Source: an uncultured Bacteroidales bacterium
GTDB lineage: Bacteria > Bacteroidota > Bacteroidia > Bacteroidales > WCHB1-69
Length of the DNA stretch: 53,245 nucleotides
Reading direction: 5' to 3'
Assembly: GCA_905236885.1 (NCBI GenBank)
Contig: CAJOQK010000120.1
Coordinates: 1-53,245 of the forward strand
Both the position numbers and the translations under genes were made by a program. Numbering within the stretch: position 1 is the first letter of the stretch; each line of letters opens with the position of its first letter. Shown here piece by piece: positions 47,744-53,245 of this stretch. The notes under the pieces are model-generated. The model worked only from the letters and a program-made list of their open reading frames with translations, searched no databases and had not been told where the DNA came from.

Positions 47744-49096
47744 ATGGACACCCTGACATTAAAACTGAAGGCGCTTTCGGAGCAGTTTGCGGAGGAGACC
47801 GCCAGTTACAGGCGGTTTTTGCACCAGCATCCGGACTTGTCCGGAAATGAGCGGGGTACGGCTGCCTTTGTGGCGGATAAGTTGCGTTCGTTCGGACTGG
47901 AGCCGCAGATGCTTTTGGATGATACAGCCGTGTGCGTCCTCGTGGAGGGGCGGGAGCCTGAACGCCGGTGCGTCGCCTTGCGGGCGGACATAGATGCGCT
48001 GCCCATTCAAGAGGAGACGGGGCTTCCGTTTGCTTCTTCGCAGCCAGGGGTCATGCATGCCTGTGGCCATGACGCACATACCGCCATGCTGCTGACGGTG
48101 GCGCGGTTGCTGCATCTGACGCGGGATGAGTGGTTTGGGACTGTCAAACTGCTGTTCCAGCCTTCGGAGGAGCAGTATCCGGGTGGAGCCATTCAGCTGA
48201 TAGAGGCGGGGGTGTTGGAGAACCCGTCGGTTTCCGCCATCATAGGTTGCCATGTTTCTCCGGAAATCGCCTGCGGTTGCATCGGTTACAAACCGGGACC
48301 TTATATGGCTTCCACCGATGAAATCCATGTCACAGTGCATGGGAAAGGCGGTCATGCGGCCTTGCCTGACACGTTTGTGAATCCGATTGGTATTGCGGCG
48401 GAGGCGCTGGTGCGGTTGGAAAAGGAGTTTGGAAATGTTCAAACTGGTGGAAATGCTGACGCTTGCTTTGACGGCGAGGTTGCTGGGGCATTATCTGTGT
48501 CGGATGACCGTGGAGCAGCTGCGGAGGGAGATGGAAATTCCGTGAATGCCAACAGTGTTGTTGCGAAAGGATGCGATAATTCCATGAATGCCAGAGGAAT
48601 TGTTACGGAGGGACGCGCTTTGCCTATGGTCTGCACTTTCGGACGCATTGAGGCGTTGGGGCATACCAATGTGGTGCCTGAGTGTGCGCAGCTGCAAGGC
48701 ACGCTGCGCACATTTGATGAAGCCCGGCGTGCGGTGGCGCAGGGTCGGATTGCTGAAATATTCGATGCGGTTGCCACGGAGCGGCACGGACAGGCGGAGG
48801 TGCGCATAGCCCACGGCTATCCGGTTCTGGTCAATGACCCCGCTTTGAGTTCGCGATGTGCCAGATTTGCCTCCAATTTTTTGGGTGACAGCAAGGTCCT
48901 GTCATTGGATTACCGTACCACCGCTGATGATTTTGCCTATTTTTCCCATCGGATTCCCGCTTTTTTCTACCGCTTGGGCGTGCAGATTCCGGATCATCCC
49001 AGCAGGTTGCACACCTCCACTTTCAACCTTAACGAGGAGGTTTTTGCCTTCGCCCCGGCTCTGATGGCCGGCATGGCGGTGGAGGTGGCAGGATAG
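47744..49096 (+). CDS. M20D-family amidohydrolase (N-acyl-L-amino acid amidohydrolase-like) carrying a low-complexity insertion
   Basis: Motifs HQHPDLSGNE, LRADIDALP, MHACGHDAH, QPSEE, GGHAA and TEDF-like TADDFAYF. About 55 extra residues sit between the catalytic and lid segments. Confidence 0.8.
   Translation: MDTLTLKLKALSEQFAEETASYRRFLHQHPDLSGNERGTAAFVADKLRSFGLEPQMLLDDTAVCVLVEGREPERRCVALRADIDALPIQEETGLPFASSQPGVMHACGHDAHTAMLLTVARLLHLTRDEWFGTVKLLFQPSEEQYPGGAIQLIEAGVLENPSVSAIIGCHVSPEIACGCIGYKPGPYMASTDEIHVTVHGKGGHAALPDTFVNPIGIAAEALVRLEKEFGNVQTGGNADACFDGEVAGALSVSDDRGAAAEGDGNSVNANSVVAKGCDNSMNARGIVTEGRALPMVCTFGRIEALGHTNVVPECAQLQGTLRTFDEARRAVAQGRIAEIFDAVATERHGQAEVRIAHGYPVLVNDPALSSRCARFASNFLGDSKVLSLDYRTTADDFAYFSHRIPAFFYRLGVQIPDHPSRLHTSTFNLNEEVFAFAPALMAGMAVEVAG
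48536..48613 (+). repeat. In-frame degenerate 42-bp tandem duplication inside the M20 gene
   Basis: 36-nt cores at 48536-48571 and 48578-48613 match at 27 of 36 positions in my hand alignment. They encode NSVNANSVVAKG / NSMNARGIVTEG. Confidence 0.8.
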
Positions 49097-49156
49097 GTTT
49101 GTGATATGTTGTAAAAGTCTAATACATGACATGTTAATATTTAACCCCAACTATCT

Positions 49157-49723
49157 ATGAAAATTATTTGTACAATTTTTGCGTTTTTGCCGCTTTTATT
49201 GGCCTGTTCGCGGGAAAGGCCGCAGGCTGCACTTTCTGTTTCCAATCCGTCAGATAGCAACGTCTCATCGTTTTATGTGGAAGATACCATAGAAGATGAG
49301 AATTTGATGGATACGGCATATCTCAGAAAACATTGCGCTGATTTAAGCGAAGAAGACCTTGCCTTGTTGTTTGTAATGGCTAAAATGGAAAAAAACGAGA
49401 ATCTGAATAGCGGTGATTTCCATACGGTTTGCACATCCCTTTTCCGTCAGGTTGATTTTTCCGAAGGTTTTGGAGGCGGCCTGTTTGATTATCTGCAAAG
49501 AAATGTTTCTCATAACGAAGAGTTTCTCAATTATTTACATGGCAAAACATCTCCCTATAAAGACAGCGTTTTGTCCGAAATGGTTATCATGATGTTTATT
49601 GATTTGGAAGAGGAAAACTATTATTCATACAAGGAATTTGTAAAAGATTTTCCGCTGTTCAAGGGTAACGCGGCAGCAAAACGGAGCTTTGAGAAATGCT
49701 GGCAGAATTGCGTAAAATCCTAA
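49157..49723 (+). CDS. Hypothetical lipoprotein
   Basis: MKIICTIFAFLPLLLA-C lipobox, 188 aa, no recognised family. Confidence 0.6.
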   Translation: MKIICTIFAFLPLLLACSRERPQAALSVSNPSDSNVSSFYVEDTIEDENLMDTAYLRKHCADLSEEDLALLFVMAKMEKNENLNSGDFHTVCTSLFRQVDFSEGFGGGLFDYLQRNVSHNEEFLNYLHGKTSPYKDSVLSEMVIMMFIDLEEENYYSYKEFVKDFPLFKGNAAAKRSFEKCWQNCVKS

Positions 49724-49759
49724 TTTGATATGTGGTAAGGGTGCAGAAAGTGCCTCCTG

Positions 49760-50086
49760 TCACTCTTTCCGCATCCAGTCAAATGCCTTTACAATCGGGC
49801 GGATGCCTGTGTGCGACTCCAGCCGGTAGGCAGAGCGTTCGAAAGGGATTTCCCGATAGGCACGTCCGCTCTCTTTGAATCGTATCAGATTAATTCCCCA
49901 AAACGCAATATAAAGCAGGTAGAATGGAATGACCAGTAGTGCCGCTTGCTGCCACAGATGTACGGTCTCATGCCGCAGTTCCCGTTCCGTTATCTGTTTG
50001 TTTTTGCAAAAAATCACCGGAAAAAGTGTGATGGCGTCAAACTCACCAGGCGGAAACCTGCGGGTGTGGATGATGATTGGGTACAT
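49760..50086 (-). CDS. Small membrane protein with HExxH motif (putative minimal zinc metallopeptidase-like protein)
   Basis: 108 aa. HETVH motif followed by a hydrophobic helix (AALLVIPFYLLYIAFWGI). Confidence 0.5.
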   Translation of the reverse strand: MYPIIIHTRRFPPGEFDAITLFPVIFCKNKQITERELRHETVHLWQQAALLVIPFYLLYIAFWGINLIRFKESGRAYREIPFERSAYRLESHTGIRPIVKAFDWMRKE

Positions 50087-50139
50087 AATTCAGATTTTCA
50101 ACACATTAACAGTTAATACGGGTACTTGATTTTATGCCG

Positions 50140-50147
50140 CAAAAGTA
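50140..50147 (-). promoter_or_regulatory. -7 promoter motif for the HExxH gene
   Basis: The reverse complement reads TACTTTTG, 54 nt upstream of the start at 50086. Confidence 0.45.
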
Positions 50148-50328
50148 ATATTTTTTTTCTTTGAAAATATTAGTTGGAGAGGGATTTTGTGTTTTATTTT
50201 TGAGTATTTTTGCAAAATGAAAAAATGAAAAAATCATGGACGAACAATTTTTTGAAAACATTGAACGCTTGATAGAGCTGGAAAAAGAAAACGTCAGAGG
50301 CAATTGGGCGTTGTGTTGAAAAAATGAT

Positions 50329-50364
50329 TATATTTGCAAATTGGAAAAGATATGGTTATTTTTG
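50329..50364 (+). promoter_or_regulatory. Two plus-strand -7 motifs upstream of the DUF2075-type gene
   Basis: TATATTTG at 50329-50336 and TATTTTTG at 50357-50364. Two more TATTTTTG copies lie at 50195-50202 and 50205-50212. Confidence 0.4.
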
Positions 50365-50370
50365 CGAAAA

Positions 50371-50472
50371 ATGGCGGTGAATATAATAGATAATACTCAT
50401 AGATTCAAAACTATAGACTTCTTCTGCGGAGGAGGCGGAATGATAAATAAAATAATGAATATTCTAAAATGA
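50371..50472 (+). pseudogene. Remnant of the 5' end of a DNA (cytosine-5) methyltransferase gene (motif I only)
   Basis: My own translation gives MAVNIIDNTHRFKTIDFFCGGGGMINKIMNILK*. FKTIDFFCGGGG matches the AdoMet-binding motif I (xxDLFxGxGG) of C5-MTases. The ORF stops after 33 codons, and its TGA overlaps the ATG of the next gene. Confidence 0.55.
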
Positions 50473-52523
50473 TAAATCGCTTTTTTTATCAATCATCTAT
50501 CTCTGACTTCCTTAGTTCTTCTGTTGATATTATCTTTGGACAGATGTCGCGTGCTGATGAGATGGATACTGCTGCCACTCAGAAATATGCGTGGGAACAG
50601 GAAATCTCCATAATGAAAAAGGTTTTAGTGCCTTTTAAAAATGAAGAGGCATGGATTCTTTTTGAATATTCTATTCCCCGTCTTGGAAAAAGGGTTGATG
50701 TTGTTGTTTTGTTGAGAGAGAGAATATTTGTTATAGAATTTAAGGCGGGAGAAACGGATTTTCTCCATCAAGACGTGGATCAAGTGATGGATTATGTACT
50801 TGATCTAAAAAACTTCCATCAAGGGAGTAATGACCGTAGGATTGTTCCAATTTTAGTTGCTACAGAAAGCAACCAGCATTCTACAGTTTGTCAACTTTCA
50901 CATTATGATGATGGCGTTTATGAGCCATTGCTGACTGATGCCTTTCATCTTGGTGAAATTATGAATCTGGTGTTATCTGATAACATTCCAACCGGATCCT
51001 ATAAAGTCGCTTTATGTGATTGGGCACGAAGTCGTTATTCGCCAACTCCTACCATCATTGAAGCAGCACGTTCGCTTTATTTGAATCATAGTGTAAAAGA
51101 TATTACCCGACACGAGGCAGAAGGTGAACAACTAGAACGTACTACAAAATATGTACAGCAAGTGATACATGAAACAAAGGCAAGAGGAGGGAAGAGTATT
51201 TGTTTCGTAACAGGTGTTCCTGGAGCCGGCAAAACATTGGTTGGACTTAATGTTGCTGTACAACAGGAGTCCGACGAGGACTTAGCTGTATATCTTTCGG
51301 GCAATGGACCTTTGGTAGCTGTTCTTACAGAAGCATTGACCCGCGACAGACAGGCACAAGAAAAGGCAAAAGGTAACAAGATAACGAAAAAAGAAGCAGA
51401 ACGTGAAGTGAAGCGATTTATACAGATTATTCATCGTTATCGTGATAATATGCTTGGCAAAGTGAAGGTCGTGAACGGTTGCTTGGAAATAGATCCAGAA
51501 AAAGAACTCAAAGATCATATTGCGGGCTATGGTGAAGTAGAGAATATTGCCATATTTGATGAGGCGCAGCGTTCGTGGGATAAAGAACATATTGCTGGAT
51601 GGCTTAATAGAAAGAAGGGATTTGCAGACTTCCCAATGTCAGAAGGAGAATTTTTGATTTGGTCACTTGATCAACGGAAAGATTGGGCGGTGATTGTTTG
51701 TCTTGTTGGAGGGGGACAGGAAATCAATACTGGAGAGGCTGGTATTGGCGAGTGGATTCGTGCGCTTAATGAGTCTTTTCCTGACTGGCAGGTGTACATT
51801 TCAAGTCAGCTTACTGCCAAAGAATACGCAGAAGGTAAGGTTAAAGAGTTATTAGATAAAAAGCTAAATGTCACTTATTCTGACAATCTGCACCTTGCTG
51901 TCTCCATGCGTAGTTTCCGAGCTGAATGTTTGTCGAATATGGTGCATTATCTATTGGATGGAGAATCTGGAAAAGCGAAAGAGGTTTACGAAAGCATTGC
52001 AGACAGATACCCTATTGTACTTACAAGAGATATTGAAAAGGCAAAAGAATGGTTGCGCAGTAAAGCGCGTGGAAATGAACGATATGGTATGGTTGTTTCA
52101 TCAAAAGCTTATCGTTTGAAACCATTGGCAATAGATGTTCGTTGCAAACCGGATACTGTACATTGGTTTTTGGATGACATTAATGATGTGCGTTCATCTT
52201 TGTTTTTGGAAGATGCTGCCAGTGAATTCGATATACAAGGGTTGGAATTGGATTGGACATGTCTTGTGTGGGATGGAGATTTGCGATATAATGGTACTGC
52301 ATGGGATTATTTTGAATTCAACGGAGGTAATAAATGGAATCGTATCAATAAAGAAGAACGTAAAGCATACCAAATCAATGCTTATCGTGTGTTGCTAACT
52401 CGTGCCCGACAAGGAATGGTCATTTGTGTGCCAAAAGGAGATGACCAAGACCGTACAAGATTACCACAGTTTTATGATGGCACTTACGAATATTTGAAAT
52501 CAATTGGATTGGAAGAAATATGA
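50469..52523 (+). CDS. DUF2075-type protein: N-terminal PD-(D/E)xK-like nuclease module fused to a P-loop SF1-helicase-like (Schlafen-helicase-like) NTPase
   Basis: FEYSIPRLGKRVDVVVLLRERIFVIEFK (E..D..ExK pattern), Walker A GVPGAGKT, Walker B-like IAIFDEAQR, VCLVGGGQEI, and C-terminal YRVLLTRARQGMVICVP (UvrD_C-like). Confidence 0.75.
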   Translation: MINRFFYQSSISDFLSSSVDIIFGQMSRADEMDTAATQKYAWEQEISIMKKVLVPFKNEEAWILFEYSIPRLGKRVDVVVLLRERIFVIEFKAGETDFLHQDVDQVMDYVLDLKNFHQGSNDRRIVPILVATESNQHSTVCQLSHYDDGVYEPLLTDAFHLGEIMNLVLSDNIPTGSYKVALCDWARSRYSPTPTIIEAARSLYLNHSVKDITRHEAEGEQLERTTKYVQQVIHETKARGGKSICFVTGVPGAGKTLVGLNVAVQQESDEDLAVYLSGNGPLVAVLTEALTRDRQAQEKAKGNKITKKEAEREVKRFIQIIHRYRDNMLGKVKVVNGCLEIDPEKELKDHIAGYGEVENIAIFDEAQRSWDKEHIAGWLNRKKGFADFPMSEGEFLIWSLDQRKDWAVIVCLVGGGQEINTGEAGIGEWIRALNESFPDWQVYISSQLTAKEYAEGKVKELLDKKLNVTYSDNLHLAVSMRSFRAECLSNMVHYLLDGESGKAKEVYESIADRYPIVLTRDIEKAKEWLRSKARGNERYGMVVSSKAYRLKPLAIDVRCKPDTVHWFLDDINDVRSSLFLEDAASEFDIQGLELDWTCLVWDGDLRYNGTAWDYFEFNGGNKWNRINKEERKAYQINAYRVLLTRARQGMVICVPKGDDQDRTRLPQFYDGTYEYLKSIGLEEI

Positions 52524-52906
52524 AACACCTTCACGTTGTTGCCGCCATTATCAATGACTCCAAAAATCACATTTTTGCCACCCAGCGAGGATATGGCGAG
52601 TGGAAGGATTTTTGGGAATTTCCTGGTGGAAAAATGGAGGATGGAGAGACACCAGAAGAGGCTCTTGTGAGGGAAATTCGCGAGGAACTGTCGGCAGAGA
52701 TTAGCGTAGATAAATTTCTTTGTACGGTGGAGTATGACTATCCTAAGTTTCACTTGACTATGCATTGCTTTCTGTGTTCGTTGCAGACGGATGTGCTGCA
52801 CTTGAATGAACATGAAGCAGCTAAATGGCTCTCGAAGGATGAATTGGATAATGTGTGTTGGCTGCCGGCAGATTTGGAAGTGATAGAAGCGTTAAAGAAA
52901 CAATAG
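52520..52906 (+). CDS. MutT-like Nudix hydrolase ((deoxy)nucleoside triphosphate pyrophosphohydrolase family)
   Basis: Nudix box GGKMEDGETPEEALVREIREELSAEI; 128 aa. The ATG overlaps the stop of the upstream gene (ATGA at 52520-52523). Confidence 0.85.
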   Translation: MKHLHVVAAIINDSKNHIFATQRGYGEWKDFWEFPGGKMEDGETPEEALVREIREELSAEISVDKFLCTVEYDYPKFHLTMHCFLCSLQTDVLHLNEHEAAKWLSKDELDNVCWLPADLEVIEALKKQ

Positions 52907-52935
52907 CAACAATAACAAAGATGTTATAAGAATAT

Positions 52936-53064
52936 ATGGTAGCACGAAGATATTATTACTCGGATTCCATTACGTACTTTCTGTCTCGGAGAAATGACGA
53001 GATAGAGGGTGCTTTGTTGGCTTCACAGCATGTCATCTTTTCTGTGCGATTAAAAGATAATTAA
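52936..53064 (+). pseudogene. 42-codon fragment resembling the N-terminus of the DUF2075-type protein
   Basis: My own translation gives MVARRYYYSDSITYFLSRRNDEIEGALLASQHVIFSVRLKDN*. Residues 5-27 align with residues 4-26 of the 684-aa protein (RFFYQSSISDFLSSSVDIIFGQM): about 10 identities in 23 plus F/Y and S/T matches. Confidence 0.45.
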
Positions 53065-53072
53065 CAAATAAT

Positions 53073-53245
53073 ATGACAACAATGGCACCCAAATTTAAAA
53101 TAGGCGATACAATTTATTGGTATTGCAACAAGGAGCAAAAGACACATCATGCAAATGTGAATTTTGTGAATTATGTGCATATAGGCAATTTCTATGAAGA
53201 CATAAACTATGAAGTTGAGGCTGTATGTTGCGGTGAAAATAAAAC
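53073..53245 (+). CDS. Hypothetical protein, 3' end beyond window
   Basis: Open frame from the ATG at 53073 to the window edge (MTTMAPKFKIGDTIYWYCNKEQKTHHANVNF...). No family recognised. Confidence 0.3.
   Translation, partial: MTTMAPKFKIGDTIYWYCNKEQKTHHANVNFVNYVHIGNFYEDINYEVEAVCCGENK

Noticed and set aside
50106-50303. 65-aa minus-strand ORF in the divergent intergenic region.
   Set aside because: It has a Ser/Phe/Lys-rich low-complexity translation of an AT-rich promoter region and overlaps the -7 motifs of both flanking genes. There is no support for coding.
50236-50319. 27-codon plus-strand ORF (MDEQFFENIERLIELEKENVRGNWALC).
   Set aside because: It reads like the start of a helical protein and may be another gene remnant. 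It is too short and matches no motif I can name. It is mentioned under the remnant-zone finding but not called as a feature.

Overview
This 53.2-kb window looks like a chromosomal segment from a Bacteroidota genome, probably Bacteroidales or Prevotellaceae-like. The taxonomic guess rests on TAnnTTTG-type promoter motifs, T9SS C-terminal sorting domains, a BspA-like LRR protein, ppdK, a Na+-methylmalonyl-CoA decarboxylase and a GldB-like lipoprotein; I ran no database search. I call about 53 protein-coding genes (two cut by the window edges), 2 gene remnants, 3 tRNAs (Asp-GTC, Leu-TAA, Gly-GCC), 9 hairpin terminators and a set of -7 promoter motifs.

Most of the window is housekeeping:
- mmdC/mmdB/mce/mmdA, gdhA, mutL, atpDC, rpmF-yceD, ppdK, rplY, rpsU-recombinase-hpf, rpsT and purA.
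- A tightly overlapping eight-gene minus-strand operon, ruvB-pssA-rfbC-gldB-like-cdaA-GNAT-mltG-nitrilase.

Three accessory patches stand out:
1. 4.0-9.9 kb holds two T9SS-secreted surface proteins with unrelated passenger domains. They carry the same C-terminal sorting cassette, followed by an (AAGAAGY)n heptamer array. Between them lies a visibly AT-rich lipoprotein operon.
2. 40.8-47.6 kb is a teichoic-acid-like, CDP-pentitol-type glycopolymer locus. It has two tandem IspD-family cytidylyltransferases, an SDR, an AraD-like epimerase, a TagF-like phosphotransferase, a GT2 and an FAD enzyme.
3. 49.1 kb to the window end is an AT-richer patch. It contains a DUF2075-type nuclease/P-loop protein translationally coupled (ATGA overlap) to a MutT-like Nudix hydrolase. 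This pair is flanked by a cytosine-5 methyltransferase motif-I remnant upstream and a fragment resembling the DUF2075 N-terminus downstream.

The DUF2075-Nudix pair is my best candidate for an uncharacterised defence or nucleotide-surveillance system. All functional calls come from motifs I recognise by eye, and the composition statements are visual impressions, not computed values.
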